Source: Gammaproteobacteria bacterium (GTDB lineage: Bacteria > Pseudomonadota > Gammaproteobacteria > Ga0077536). From it: a stretch of 64,000 nt of DNA. Each line of letters starts with the position of its first letter. Positions within the stretch are counted from its first letter, which is position 1. The DNA is taken from assembly GCA_963662545.2 (NCBI GenBank), contig CAXXLL010000003.1, positions 1,472,001-1,536,000 on the forward strand, in the 5' to 3' direction. The translations under genes were made by a program, and so were the position numbers. Below the pieces are notes generated by a model, which saw nothing but the letters and a program-made list of their open reading frames with translations, had not been told where the DNA came from and did no database searches. Below are positions 40,922 through 53,516 of this stretch, in pieces.

Positions 40922-42145
40922 TCACTCGCCGTCGCGGATCCATCTCGCCATCGTATCGGGCGCCAGGCGGCGCGGCGCCGTCAGCGGTGCCAAGTGATCG
41001 ATACTCACCATGCCCGTGATGGTCGATACCGTTGGGTATACAGGTCGATTATCGTTAAATTCCCGCGCGGTTTCAGCCGCGCGCTCGGGTATTGCGTCAC
41101 GGGCCCGCAGATCGCCCGCGCCGGTCGGCGCCGCGCGTTCTGCGGGCGCCGGCAAGGGCCCCTCGACAATGAGCCTATCGCCGTCCGCCGCTTCTGACTT
41201 TAAGGTTCCGGTTCCGTAGGACGCGGGCGGGAGGATTTCCCGCTCGTAGGTCAGCGTCCAGACCGCCGTGATCGCGACGATCACCACACCCGCCGCCGCG
41301 ATCACGCGCTTCAGCGCCGCTCTAGCGCGGTGCCGCGGTCGAAATTCGCTGTCGCGCACGGCGAGGCGCACGTGGCCCGGCTTAACCACCGCCTCGTTCG
41401 CCGCAAAGGCCGCCAGCAGCGCCTTGTCGGCGAGTATATTGATTCGCCGCAGTAATCCCCGGGAATGCCGTTCAAGCTCCTTGATCGCCGCCGTAGTGAA
41501 CAGTTCGTTGCCACGGTAGCCACTGGCCCGGATCCGCGTCGACACATAGTCACGTATTTGATCCGCGTCGAAAGGCGCCAGTTCGAATCCGTGCGTGATG
41601 CGCTCGCGCAGTTGACGGATTTCGTGCAGGTCCAGTTTATCGTCGAGTTCAGGCTGTCCGAACAGAACTATCTGCAACAGTTTTTCCTGAGTGGTCTCGA
41701 GATTGCTGAGCAGGCGGATCTCTTCGAGCGTTTCCACGGGCATACCCTGCGCCTCTTCGACGAAGACGATGACCCGAGCATTCTGCGCATGCTTGGCCAG
41801 AACATACTCCTGCAAAGCATGCATGACCTTGAGTTTGACCTCGGCAGGATCGAGCTCGATACCGAGTTCGATTGCGATCGCGTGCAGGATTTCGGCCGGC
41901 GTGAGGTGCGGATTGACGAGGTATACGATTTCGCAGGACGGGGGTAGTTCCCGTTCGAGCATGCGGCACAACATGGTCTTGCCGCTGCCGACTTCGCCGA
42001 CTACCTTGACGATCCCCTCGCCGCGCATAACGGCGTAAACGAGGGCTTCGAGCACCGCGCCCCGGTTCCCGCCGGGAAAGAAGAATTCGGGATCGGGCGT
42101 GATCCTGAACGGCGGTTTAGCCAGTCCGAAATGCTGTTCGTACAT
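40922..42145 (-). CDS. ExeA/MshM family AAA ATPase
   Basis: MYEQHFGL..PF..TPDP, GEVGSGKT, VEEAQ and GQPEL motifs. Confidence 0.92.
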   Translation of the reverse strand: MYEQHFGLAKPPFRITPDPEFFFPGGNRGAVLEALVYAVMRGEGIVKVVGEVGSGKTMLCRMLERELPPSCEIVYLVNPHLTPAEILHAIAIELGIELDPAEVKLKVMHALQEYVLAKHAQNARVIVFVEEAQGMPVETLEEIRLLSNLETTQEKLLQIVLFGQPELDDKLDLHEIRQLRERITHGFELAPFDADQIRDYVSTRIRASGYRGNELFTTAAIKELERHSRGLLRRINILADKALLAAFAANEAVVKPGHVRLAVRDSEFRPRHRARAALKRVIAAAGVVIVAITAVWTLTYEREILPPASYGTGTLKSEAADGDRLIVEGPLPAPAERAAPTGAGDLRARDAIPERAAETAREFNDNRPVYPTVSTITGMVSIDHLAPLTAPRRLAPDTMARWIRDGE

Positions 42146-42151
42146 TAGGTT

Positions 42152-43600
42152 CTATATTTCCTCCGTGTCGTCCCGGTTCGCCGATCGGCCCAGTCCCAGT
42201 CGCGAAACCCGACTGTAAAGCGTGTTGCGGTTGATGCCGAGCAGGCGCGCCGCCTTGCTCAGGTTACCGTCGCCGAGACGCAGCGCCGCCTGGATGTAGC
42301 GGCGTTCGATCTCGCCCAGTTCCTCGTCCAGGCGGAATCCCGCGGATTCGATACGCTGCTCGACACCGTCCAGGTCGGACGGCAGGCCGTCCGCGCGCAG
42401 CATCTTGTCGTAATCCAGTTCGAGTTCCGGACGCAGCCGCTCGGCGTCGACCGTCTGGCCGGGATATTTCGCGCCCAGGCGAATAACGATGTTACGCAGC
42501 TCGCGGACATTGCCCGGATACGAATAAGCGGCCAGCAAGGCTTCGGCGTCTTCGGTCAGCTTGAAGGGTTTGATGCTGTCGGCATACTGGCGCTGAAAGG
42601 TGTCGAGCAGCATGCGCCAATCCCCCTCGCAGCTCCTGAGCGGCGGCACGCTGATCGTCAGCACGCTGATCCGGTGGAAGACGTCCTGACGGAATTCTCC
42701 GGACCGTACCGACTCGCGCAACTCGCGGTTGGTCGCAGCGACGATGCGGGCGTTCGAGCGGCGCGGCTCTGTTTCCCCAACACGGTAGTACTCGCCGTTT
42801 TCCAGCACCCGCAGGAATTTCGATTGCAGGTCGAGCGGCATTTCCCCGACTTCATCGAGAAACAGGGTGCCGTCGCTGGCTTCCTCGAAAAACCCCGTCC
42901 GCGCCTTGTCCGCCCCCGTGTAGGCGCCCTTGGCATGTCCGAACAACTGTGCTTCCAACAATTCCGGACTGAAAGCCGCGCAGTTAATAGTGAGCAGCGG
43001 TCCGTCACGCCGCGCGCTGGCTAGATGCAGACACTGCGCTACCAGCTCTTTTCCGGTGCCGGACTCGCCCTCGACGAGAACGGTAAAAGGCGTGTCCGCG
43101 AACTGTTCGATCAAGGCGCGCAGCGTAGCCATGCCTGCACTCGATCCGATCAGAACATCGTCGGTTGCCTGCTGCGGCGCGACCGCCGGCATCTCCGCCT
43201 CGCGGATCATGAGCTGGTGGCGCAGGCGCGTCTTGAGAAGTTCCGCATCACAGGGTTTGCGCACGAAATCGACAGCGCCCAGGGTCAGAGCGTGCTGGAT
43301 GTTGCCGCGCTCGTCCTGGCCCGACAGCACCAGGACTTTCATCGCATGGTTGAACGCGAACAGCTCACCGATCAGGGCGAACCCTTCATCGGGAGTGTGA
43401 GGCGTCGGCGGCAAGCCAAGGTCGACCAGTGCCAGGTTTGGAATTTCACGGAGACCCTGCAAGCGTTTGCGGGCGCTCGCGCGGGAATCCGCCTCGATCA
43501 CCTCGAATTCATCGGCCAGGGCAAAGCTCAACGTTTCGACGATGAGCGCGTCATCGTCGACCAGCAAAAGCAGTGGCCGTGGTGACGCTTGTTCAGACAC
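42152..43600 (-). CDS. Sigma54-dependent response regulator (PrsR/PilR/NtrC-like)
   Basis: Receiver DLGLPP, GESGTGKE, GAYTGA, PGNVREL and Fis HTH. Confidence 0.95.
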   Translation of the reverse strand: MSEQASPRPLLLLVDDDALIVETLSFALADEFEVIEADSRASARKRLQGLREIPNLALVDLGLPPTPHTPDEGFALIGELFAFNHAMKVLVLSGQDERGNIQHALTLGAVDFVRKPCDAELLKTRLRHQLMIREAEMPAVAPQQATDDVLIGSSAGMATLRALIEQFADTPFTVLVEGESGTGKELVAQCLHLASARRDGPLLTINCAAFSPELLEAQLFGHAKGAYTGADKARTGFFEEASDGTLFLDEVGEMPLDLQSKFLRVLENGEYYRVGETEPRRSNARIVAATNRELRESVRSGEFRQDVFHRISVLTISVPPLRSCEGDWRMLLDTFQRQYADSIKPFKLTEDAEALLAAYSYPGNVRELRNIVIRLGAKYPGQTVDAERLRPELELDYDKMLRADGLPSDLDGVEQRIESAGFRLDEELGEIERRYIQAALRLGDGNLSKAARLLGINRNTLYSRVSRLGLGRSANRDDTEEI

Positions 43601-43609
43601 GAATGCCGC

Positions 43610-44467
43610 TCACACCGCCGCCGCGGGCGCGTGATCGATCAGGTTGAGGTTCGTGCAGACCGCGACGGAAGCCTCGTGTTGATTCATCGTATAGAAATGC
43701 AGACCGGGCGCGCCTTCACTCAAAAGCCGCTCGCACAAGCGGGTTGTTACATCGACACCGAAGGCTCGAATGGCGGTGCGATCATCGCCGAAATCCTGTA
43801 AGCGCTTGAGTATCCAGCGCGGAATCTCCGCTCCGCACATGTCCGAAAAACGCTTGAGCTGGGAGTAGTTCGTAATCGGCATGATGCCCGGCACGATTGG
43901 GATATCGATGCCCGCGCCGCCGCAGCTTTCAACAAAGCGAAAATAGGCGTCCGGGTTGTAGAAGTACTGCGTGATGGCGCCGTTCGCGCCAGCGTCCACC
44001 TTGCGCTTGAAATTTTCGAGATCGGCAGAAGCGCCGGCTGATTGCGGGTGAACTTCGGGATAGGCCGCGACTTCGATATGAAACACCTCTCCGGTCTCAT
44101 TGCGAATGAACTCGACGAGCTCATTGGCAAAGCGCAGTTCACCGAACCCCGTCGTACCGGACGGCATGTCGCCACGCAGCGCCACGAGCCGGCGGATCCC
44201 GGCCCGCCGATAGCGTTCGAGGACCGCGCGGATCTCGAGGATCGGAAAACCGAAACACGAGACATGCGGCGCGCTGTCCACGCCGGTGTCATCGCGGATC
44301 TCCAGGACCGTTTCGAGGGTGAGATCGCGGGTACTGCCGCCGGCGCCGAAGGTCACCGAAAAGAAACCGGGATTGAGTTCCGTGAGCTTGCGGCGCGTCG
44401 TCTCGAGGCGGGCCGCGGCTTCGAGGGTACGCGGCGGGAAAAACTCGAAGCTCAAGCCGCCCGTCAT
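43610..44467 (-). CDS. metF: 5,10-methylenetetrahydrofolate reductase
   Basis: SFEFFPP, SVTFGAGG, ALRGD, AYPEVHP and LHFYTMN motifs. Confidence 0.96.
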   Translation of the reverse strand: MTGGLSFEFFPPRTLEAAARLETTRRKLTELNPGFFSVTFGAGGSTRDLTLETVLEIRDDTGVDSAPHVSCFGFPILEIRAVLERYRRAGIRRLVALRGDMPSGTTGFGELRFANELVEFIRNETGEVFHIEVAAYPEVHPQSAGASADLENFKRKVDAGANGAITQYFYNPDAYFRFVESCGGAGIDIPIVPGIMPITNYSQLKRFSDMCGAEIPRWILKRLQDFGDDRTAIRAFGVDVTTRLCERLLSEGAPGLHFYTMNQHEASVAVCTNLNLIDHAPAAAV

Positions 44468-44996
44468 GTGCTTAACCCTGTTCATCGAGGTGCGAACCAT
44501 TGCTGCCGGGCCAAACTGGCGCCGGACCTTGTGAAAACGGGGTTCGGTATAGCCGGTTAGGCGCTCGTATGGCATGGCATAAATTGGTTTTGGCGGTGGG
44601 AAATCGGTACATCTCTCCGGTCATTCTCGTTAACCGGCGCCTATCATAAACCCTTCACCGGCGTACAAGGTCGATGGCATGGCCGCCGCATACGATTCCG
44701 CACAGCATTCCGGCGCCCGGTCCATGGGGGCCTGAACACGCGATGCTGGCAGGTAAGCCTGTCGCGGGCGGGCTAATGATTTTGTCGCTTGAGCGGAAGC
44801 GCTAGAATAAGGCATCTTCCGGGGTTGGTTTTCGCTCCTGATCAGCCGGTTTTCGGCCATCCAGAGCACCTATGAGGGGGCAACGCGGCCGTTTGTTGCG
44901 CGTATCCGCCGGCGCTCACTCGCTCACCCGGATCGAATAAGGGCGGCGGTTGCGGGAACCCGAGACCGCTTTCAGACAAGCTCACCCTTTGAGGTA

Positions 44997-47054
44997 ATGA
45001 TCATGAGCGAACCGCTGAGCAAGCGGCGCGGCGCCGCGAGCGCGCCGCAGCGCCGCGAGTGCGCGAACGCCATCCGAGCGCTCAGCATGGACGCGGTGCA
45101 GGCGGCGAATTCCGGGCACCCCGGCGCGCCGATGGGCATGGCAGACGTTGCCGAGGTTCTGTGGCGCGATTTCCTCAAGCACAATCCCCAAAACCCGTCG
45201 TGGTTCGACCGCGACCGCTTCGTGCTGTCCAACGGGCACAGTTCGATGCTGCTTTACTCGCTGTTGCATTTGAGCGGTTATGAGATCTCTATCGACGACA
45301 TCAAACAATTCCGGCAACTCGGTTCGAAAACACCCGGCCACCCGGAACGGGGAGACACGCCGGGCGTTGAGACGACGACCGGCCCGCTGGGCCAGGGTCT
45401 CGCCAATGGCATCGGCATGGCGATCGCTGAAAGTCATTTCGCCCGCCGCTTCAACCGGCCCGGGTACCCGATCATCGATCACCATACTTACGTTTTCGCC
45501 GGCGATGGTTGCCTCATGGAAGGCATTTCGCACGAAGCCTGTTCGCTCGCGGGAACGCTCGGCCTCGGTAAGCTGATCGTCGTCTACGACGACAACGGTA
45601 TTTCCATCGACGGCGAAGTGGACGCCTGGTTCACCGACGATACCGCGGCACGGTTCGAAGCGTACCGCTGGCATGTCATACGAGACGTCGACGGCCATGA
45701 TGCGGCAGCCTGCAATGCCGCGATCAAGAAGGCACGTTCGACCATCGACAAGCCTTCGCTGATCTGCTGCCGCACGATCATCGGCTGGGGTGCGCCCAAC
45801 AAAAGCGGCACCGCGGCTTGTCACGGGGCGGCGCTGGGCGAAGAAGAAGTCCGCGCGACACGCGAAGCCATCGGCTGGCATGCGAAACCTTTCGAAATCC
45901 CCGCGGATCTCTACGCAGCCTGGAATGCACGCGAGTCCGGTGCCGAACTCGAGCAAAACTGGCGGCAGCGCTTCGTGGAATACGCCGCGGCCCATCCAGA
46001 ACTCGCCCACGAGTTGGAACGTCTCGCCGCAAACCAGTTGCCCGAACAATGGCCGGCGGCCGCGCAGGCCTGCGTCACCGTCCTCGCCGCAAACGACGGC
46101 ACCGAAGCGACACGTAAATCGTCCGAGCGGGTACTGAACGCCATCGCGCCCGTGCTGCCCGAACTGATCGGCGGATCAGCCGATCTGACCGGTTCCAACA
46201 ACACCTTTCACGAAACCAGCCGAGCCCTCTCCGCGGCTGAGCCGGATGGCAATTACATCTTCTATGGGGTTCGGGAGTTCGCCATGAGCGCCATCATGAA
46301 TGGCATGTGCCTGCACGGCGGCGTAATCCCCTACGGCGGCACTTTTCTCGTGTTCTCGGATTACGCTCGCAACGCCGTGCGCATGGCGGCCTTGATGCGC
46401 CTCGGCACCATCTTCGTGTACACCCACGATTCCATCGGTCTCGGCGAGGATGGGCCAACCCATCAGCCGATTGAGCATGCCGGCGCGCTTCGCATGATTC
46501 CCGGGCTGGACGTGTGGCGGCCCAGCGACGCTGCCGAGACCGCGTGTGCATGGCGCGCCGCGATCGAGCAACGGATCGCGCCGAGCTGCCTGCTCTTGAC
46601 CCGACAGGGTCTGCCGCAGCAGGCGCGTGACGAAACGCAGTTGAACGATATTGCGCGTGGCGCCTATGTATTGATCGAAGCCGGCAGCGAAGCCGAAGCG
46701 GTCGTTATTGCGACCGGCTCGGAAGTGCACCTGGCACGCGCGGCCGTGACGCGCCTCAACGCGGAAGGCCAGGCGATTCGCCTGGTGTCGATGCCCTGCG
46801 CCGAGGTATTCGAACGGCAAGCTCAATCCTACCGGGACCGGGTGCTGCCGGACGCCGTGCGCAAACGTATTGTCGTCGAAGCCGGCGCCCGCGATTTCTG
46901 GTTCCGCTACGCGGGGCTGGACGGACTCGTGATCGGACTCGACGGCTTCGGCGCATCAGCCCCGGGCGCGGACGCGTTCGAGCATTTCGGCTTTACCCCT
47001 GATCACTTAACGCGACGGATCCGAGACTATCTCGGTAAACCGATTTCCGCATGA
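44997..47054 (+). CDS. tkt: Transketolase
   Basis: [24 protein letters not shown] and [16 protein letters not shown] motifs. Confidence 0.98.
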   Translation: MIMSEPLSKRRGAASAPQRRECANAIRALSMDAVQAANSGHPGAPMGMADVAEVLWRDFLKHNPQNPSWFDRDRFVLSNGHSSMLLYSLLHLSGYEISIDDIKQFRQLGSKTPGHPERGDTPGVETTTGPLGQGLANGIGMAIAESHFARRFNRPGYPIIDHHTYVFAGDGCLMEGISHEACSLAGTLGLGKLIVVYDDNGISIDGEVDAWFTDDTAARFEAYRWHVIRDVDGHDAAACNAAIKKARSTIDKPSLICCRTIIGWGAPNKSGTAACHGAALGEEEVRATREAIGWHAKPFEIPADLYAAWNARESGAELEQNWRQRFVEYAAAHPELAHELERLAANQLPEQWPAAAQACVTVLAANDGTEATRKSSERVLNAIAPVLPELIGGSADLTGSNNTFHETSRALSAAEPDGNYIFYGVREFAMSAIMNGMCLHGGVIPYGGTFLVFSDYARNAVRMAALMRLGTIFVYTHDSIGLGEDGPTHQPIEHAGALRMIPGLDVWRPSDAAETACAWRAAIEQRIAPSCLLLTRQGLPQQARDETQLNDIARGAYVLIEAGSEAEAVVIATGSEVHLARAAVTRLNAEGQAIRLVSMPCAEVFERQAQSYRDRVLPDAVRKRIVVEAGARDFWFRYAGLDGLVIGLDGFGASAPGADAFEHFGFTPDHLTRRIRDYLGKPISA

Positions 47055-47143
47055 AAACCAAACGGCTTCCAAGCGAAACACGACGATTAGGGAATCTCGT
47101 TTTCGCGCTTTCCGCCCTTTAGCTGCCTGAGGAGAAACGAGAC

Positions 47144-48160
47144 ATGACCATTCGAGTCGGTATCAACGGATATGGCCGCATCGGCCGCAATGTGGTGCGC
47201 GCGCTGTTTGAGTCCGGCCGCACCGACGAGATTGAAATCGTCGCAGTCAACGACCTCGGTGACGCCGAGACGAACGCTCATCTGACGCGATACGACAGTG
47301 CGCACGGCCCGTTCCCGGGCACCATCGAGGTGCGGGACGGCATGATGATCGTCGACGGCAGATCGATCAAGGTGCTGAGCGAACGCGACCCGGCGAAGCT
47401 GCCCTGGGGGGACTTGGGCGTCGATGTGGTGCATGAATCCACCGGCCTGTTTGCAAACAGGACCAAAGCCCGAGCGCATTTAGACGGCGGCGCGAAGAAA
47501 GTATTGATCTCCGCGCCGGCCGGTACCGATATCGACGCCACCATCGTCTATGGCGTCAACCACGGCGTGCTTAAAGCGTCCGATACGGTCGTTTCCAACG
47601 CGTCGTGCACGACCAACTGCCTGGCTCCTCTGGTGAAGCCCTTGTTTGAGACGATCGGGCTCCAAGCGGGCATCATGACGACGATTCATTCCTACACCAA
47701 TGACCAAGTGTTGACCGATGTTTATCATCCGGATCTCAGGCGTGCGCGCTCGGCGACCCAGTCGATGATTCCGACCAAGACCGGCGCGGCGGCGGCGGTC
47801 GGCCTGGTAATGCCGGAGTTGAACGGTAAGCTCGACGGCTACGCGGTGCGCGTTCCCACGATCAACGTCTCCCTGGTTGACCTCACGTTCAAGGCCGCGC
47901 GCGATACGTCCATCGAGGAAATCTGCGACATCATGCGCGCCGCGGCCGCAGGCGAACTCGAAGGCATCCTCACTTACAACGACGCCCCGCTGGTCTCCAT
48001 TGACTTCAACCACAATCCGGCGTCGTCGATTTTCGAAGCGAGTCAGACCAAGGTCATTGAAGGCAGTATGGTCAAGGTGCTGTCGTGGTATGACAACGAA
48101 TGGGGTTTTGCAAACCGCATGCTCGACACAACGGTCGCGATGGTCAACGCTGGAACCTAA
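47144..48160 (+). CDS. gap: Type I glyceraldehyde-3-phosphate dehydrogenase
   Basis: [19 protein letters not shown] and WYDNEWG motifs. Confidence 0.97.
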   Translation: MTIRVGINGYGRIGRNVVRALFESGRTDEIEIVAVNDLGDAETNAHLTRYDSAHGPFPGTIEVRDGMMIVDGRSIKVLSERDPAKLPWGDLGVDVVHESTGLFANRTKARAHLDGGAKKVLISAPAGTDIDATIVYGVNHGVLKASDTVVSNASCTTNCLAPLVKPLFETIGLQAGIMTTIHSYTNDQVLTDVYHPDLRRARSATQSMIPTKTGAAAAVGLVMPELNGKLDGYAVRVPTINVSLVDLTFKAARDTSIEEICDIMRAAAAGELEGILTYNDAPLVSIDFNHNPASSIFEASQTKVIEGSMVKVLSWYDNEWGFANRMLDTTVAMVNAGT

Positions 48161-48164
48161 CCTG

Positions 48165-49328
48165 ATGCTGAGCGTCGCCGACGTGGACGTCCGCGGCAGG
48201 CGGGTCCTGATTCGTGAAGACTTCAACGTGCCGCTCAAGAACGGCGAGATTGGCGACGATACGCGCCTCAAAGCGGGCATACCGACGATACGCGGCGCGC
48301 TCGATCGGGGCGCGACGGTCATCATCGTGTCGCACCTGGGACGCCCGCGCGAGGGCGAGTTCGACGAAGCGTTTTCCTTAAAACCCGTCGCCCGCGCGCT
48401 GTCCGTCTTGCTCGAGACCGAGGTTCGGTTCGAGCAGGAGTGGATCGATGGCTTCGACCCGCCGCCGCATTCCGTCACCTTGTGCGAAAACGTGCGCTTC
48501 CTCGAGGGCGAAAAGGCCAACGACGACGATCTCGCCCGGCGCATGGCGGCGCTGTGCGAAGTCTATGTGAACGATGCGTTCGCCACTGCGCATCGTACCC
48601 AGGCGTCGACCTACGGCATTGCGAAATTCGCGCCCGTTGCCTGCGCTGGCCCGCTGCTCATGGCGGAACTAGATGCGCTCGGCCGGGCGCTCGAAGACGC
48701 GGTGCGCCCCTTGGTCGCCATCGTCGGCGGCGCGAAAGTATCGACCAAGCTCGAAGTGCTCGAATCTCTGATCGACAAAGTCGACCAACTCATCGTCGGC
48801 GGCGGCATCGCCAATACCTTTCTCAAGGCGGCCGGCTACGCGATCGGCAAGTCCCTGTACGAACCCGATCTGGTGGACACCGCCTCGCGCCTGATCGCAT
48901 CCGACGCGGACATCCCGCTGCCCGTGGACGTCGTCTGTGGCGAGGCGTTCGACGAGCAGACCGCCGCCGTCGTCAGGGACGTCAAAGCGATCGGCGAGAA
49001 CGAGATGATCATGGACCTCGGACCTGAAACGATCCGCACTCTTTGTGAGCTTGTGGGCGCCGCGGGCACGATCGTGTGGAACGGTCCGCTCGGCGTTTTC
49101 GAGTTCAACCGCTTCGCAAACGGTACGCGCGAACTCGCCCGCGCGATCGCGCGCGCCGATGCTTTCTCGATCGCCGGTGGCGGCGACACGCTCGCGGCGA
49201 TATCCGCCTTCGGCGTCGCCGATTCGATTTCCTACATCTCGACCGGCGGGGGCGCGTTCCTGGAGTTCCTCGAGGGTAAAACGCTGCCCGCCGTGGAGAT
49301 ACTTAAACAGCGTGCGACCGATGCGTGA
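48165..49328 (+). CDS. pgk: Phosphoglycerate kinase
   Basis: [20 protein letters not shown] and STGGGAFLE motifs. Confidence 0.97.
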   Translation: MLSVADVDVRGRRVLIREDFNVPLKNGEIGDDTRLKAGIPTIRGALDRGATVIIVSHLGRPREGEFDEAFSLKPVARALSVLLETEVRFEQEWIDGFDPPPHSVTLCENVRFLEGEKANDDDLARRMAALCEVYVNDAFATAHRTQASTYGIAKFAPVACAGPLLMAELDALGRALEDAVRPLVAIVGGAKVSTKLEVLESLIDKVDQLIVGGGIANTFLKAAGYAIGKSLYEPDLVDTASRLIASDADIPLPVDVVCGEAFDEQTAAVVRDVKAIGENEMIMDLGPETIRTLCELVGAAGTIVWNGPLGVFEFNRFANGTRELARAIARADAFSIAGGGDTLAAISAFGVADSISYISTGGGAFLEFLEGKTLPAVEILKQRATDA

Positions 49329-49379
49329 CGCGACACGAATCTTGACAGGCCGGCGCATCCAGGGATTGGAGGGGACAAC

Positions 49380-50822
<1,443 letters not shown>

Positions 50823-50897
50823 ATTCCTTAGTTCCCGCTCCCAGTCAGTGCAGCGGGCGGTTGCTCAGGCAGGCGGAATCCTTTAATTTTTAAGGGT

Positions 50898-52153
50898 CTA
50901 CGCGGAAACGTGTGGATTGATATTGGCATTTCTGGGTAGTGGCGGAAGAAATGCCGCAATGATTTTCAGTTTGAGGAATTCCTCATCACGATAGCCATAG
51001 GCGCGTCGTTGCAGGACCCGGATTTTGTTGTTGACCCCTTCGACCAATCCAAGACTGACTTTATTCTTAGCATCACAATAGGAAGCAATGCCATCCCAAT
51101 GGGATTCAATCAGCTCAGCAAACTTGCGATACGGCGCCAATCGCTGCCATTTCAGACTGTCCTTCCAGCGCTCGAAAAAGGCACGCGCGCCGCGCTCGGT
51201 ACGGTAGTCCCAGAGTTGGCCGAAGGTTTCCTTGAGGACGTAGGCGGTGTTCAGACGCCGGTTGGCCTGGAGCAGTTTTTTCAGGGCTCGTCTGCCATCC
51301 AGATTCAGGTTCTCGCGTCGCGAGAGCAAGGTATATCGCTGGCCTTTGATGTAACTCCTGTCCTTGCCGCGGAGACGTTTGTATTCACGGCGCCGGACTT
51401 CATCGAGAGCCTTTGAGAGGTGGCGCATGATATGGAACTTGTCATAGATGATCCGCGCCTGCGGTGCGTTGTTCATGACCGAGTTACGGAACGGCTTCCA
51501 CATGTCCATCGCCGCCAGTTCGATGCGAGCGCTCTTGTTCTCGCCCAATGCCTGGAAAAACAGGTCGATGTCAGCCTCTTTGCGACCTTCACCACCGACC
51601 CAGATAGGACGCCCCCGATCCAGGTCACTGACGATGACCCGGTAGTTATGTCCTTTGCGGATGGAGATCTCATCAATACCGATGGCCCGGGGTGCTGGCA
51701 TGCCCGCCAGCTCAACCTGCTTTTGCATGTACAGCTTATCGAGGTCTTTCACCGTGCTGTGGTGCAGGCGTTCCCTCTCGGCGACAGCCTGGTTCGGCAT
51801 GTCCCGGCACAGCTTGCCCACCTGCATGGCAAAGCGCTGCGTATAGCGAGGGTTCTTTGCCAGCCAGTCAAGATGTTCTACCTGCACGCCGCCGCACCTC
51901 CGGCAACTGACACGCCAGCGTTCGAACTCCAGGTAGATTCGCCATCCGGCAACTGACAGGTCTCGTACTCGCAGCACCTTCTTGTCGTAACGCCCGCGGC
52001 ACCGGTGAGCACAGTGAGAACAGATCGCTGTTTTTTTCGCCTCTTGAGTTGGATCACACGGGCATACCGATCACCAAACATGCCCACCAATTTCGATGCG
52101 GCGGTAAAACCAGGGAACGCAAACAGCGCTCGGATCGACTTGGGATTCTTCAT
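50898..52153 (-). mobile_element. ISL3 family transposase in two frames; element ~50894-52248
   Basis: GIDE, MDMWKPF, DKFH and EGVNNKI motifs. A7 run at 52031-52037 joins the ORFs. GGGTCTA inverted ends; no target duplication seen. Confidence 0.9.
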
Positions 52154-52375
52154 GGCCTTAGCCTACCCACAAAATGAAACCACTTTCACCCCATACGAAA
52201 TCTCTGAATGTCTACATGATTTCAATGGTTTACACTTGGTCTAGACCCACAAAAGTGTTACCCATCTACCTTGGCACTTTTGTTACCTTTCTCCCGGTCC
52301 GCTCAGGCGTTTAACGAAGCCGCGGACATATTTGCTAATTATTCCTCGGTATTTTGTTGTACTTCGATGTTGAAT

Positions 52376-52816
52376 CTACGTGGTACTTTCGCTGTTCTTT
52401 ATGATTAGTCTGCAGAATTCTAAAAGCTCTTTCATATTGAGATCGTTCTTGCAATCATTAGTTCGCCAACCGCATATCTTAAAATTGGCAGCACCTTTCC
52501 CATCATCGACATGGTCTACGGTTGGAAGTAGATCAAACTTTCTCTTATAGCTCCTTTTCAACAATTTAGAGTCTTCATTCGCATACGTACTCAACAATGA
52601 CCAATTTAGTTCTTCTCCAGTATATGCATCGACGCCTTTAGAGTGCTTTACGGCATTGTGAATTGCGACTTTGTATTCGGCTTGAGTCGCTAATACGTTT
52701 CCCCTGTTTCGATCACGCCTTATATGCGCGGCGGCCTTTCTTTGCAGCCAGCGCTCGTAATTGAACTGCGTCTGCACGCCGCGCAGAAAATCTGGTATTT
52801 CGTATTTCCTCGGCAT
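52376..52816 (-). CDS. Integron cassette 2: HNH-like endonuclease
   Basis: DAYTG...PTVDH...N...N..K pattern. AT-rich. ATG 3 bp after the GTTAGGT core. Confidence 0.75.
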   Translation of the reverse strand: MPRKYEIPDFLRGVQTQFNYERWLQRKAAAHIRRDRNRGNVLATQAEYKVAIHNAVKHSKGVDAYTGEELNWSLLSTYANEDSKLLKRSYKRKFDLLPTVDHVDDGKGAANFKICGWRTNDCKNDLNMKELLEFCRLIIKNSESTT

Positions 52817-52819
52817 GCC

Positions 52820-52929
52820 ACCTAACGCTTGGATAACCGGCGTGTTACGGCAGGCTCATTTGACGCGAAAATGCGCAGCCGCTTCAAATGAGCCTGCTGT
52901 AACACGTCCGGTTGATCCATTTGTTAGGT
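52820..52929 (-). other. attC site (110 bp)
   Basis: R'' ACCTAAC ... R' GTTAGGT. Long imperfect palindrome with extra C in L'' (GATCAAC vs GTTATC) and a second unpaired A. Confidence 0.93.
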
Positions 52930-52964
52930 GGGTGTTGCACTTCGCTTCGAAATCTAAGTGCTGC

Positions 52965-53485
52965 TCATGGTCGCGGCCTTGCCAAAGAACCGAGTTGATC
53001 CGGGGTGAACTCGCCCATGTCGGCGGACTCGATGCTTTCTATAAATGAACGGGTGTAGACCGGTTGAATTCGTTCGGATTTCCACCATTCGGCAAATACA
53101 GGCAGCGTCAAGAATCCCGCACACCATTTGCGATGAGCCTCCCAGATCTCTTTTTCCAAAAGCTGAGCCTGAAATTGGAACATCTCGGACTCGAATCTTT
53201 GCAGCATGGCACGTGCAAACCAGAAGACCATTTGCTTCTCTTCTTGTGAAAAGTCGCCGAACGACGCTTCCGGATCGAATGCTCGGGCGATCACCATTCG
53301 GTCCGGTGACTGCCCACGCTTAGTGTTTCGTTCACGATGGCCCATTGCAGTTGGGTTTCTTTCGCTGCGTTGGCCTTCAGGACCTTGGTATTTGTTCGTA
53401 CCTGGTAGGCCAAATAGAGCAAAGATACGACAACGGCGCTTGCACCGATTATCTCTGCTGTCCCGGATATCGCCTCCCAAGTCAT
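52965..53485 (-). pseudogene. Integron cassette 1: membrane-anchored hypothetical protein, frameshifted
   Basis: MTWEAISGTAEIIGASAVVVSLLYLAYQVR frame stops at 53291. The plausible C-terminus continues in another frame to 52965. Confidence 0.75.
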
Positions 53486-53516
53486 ACGGGTCGTTTCGTA
53501 ACACCTAACAGTAATT

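Noticed and set aside
52308-52375. Possible attC after the HNH cassette (ATTCAAC ... GTTAAAC on the minus strand)
   Set aside because: Core motifs are present but there is almost no internal palindrome or L boxes. At most degenerate.
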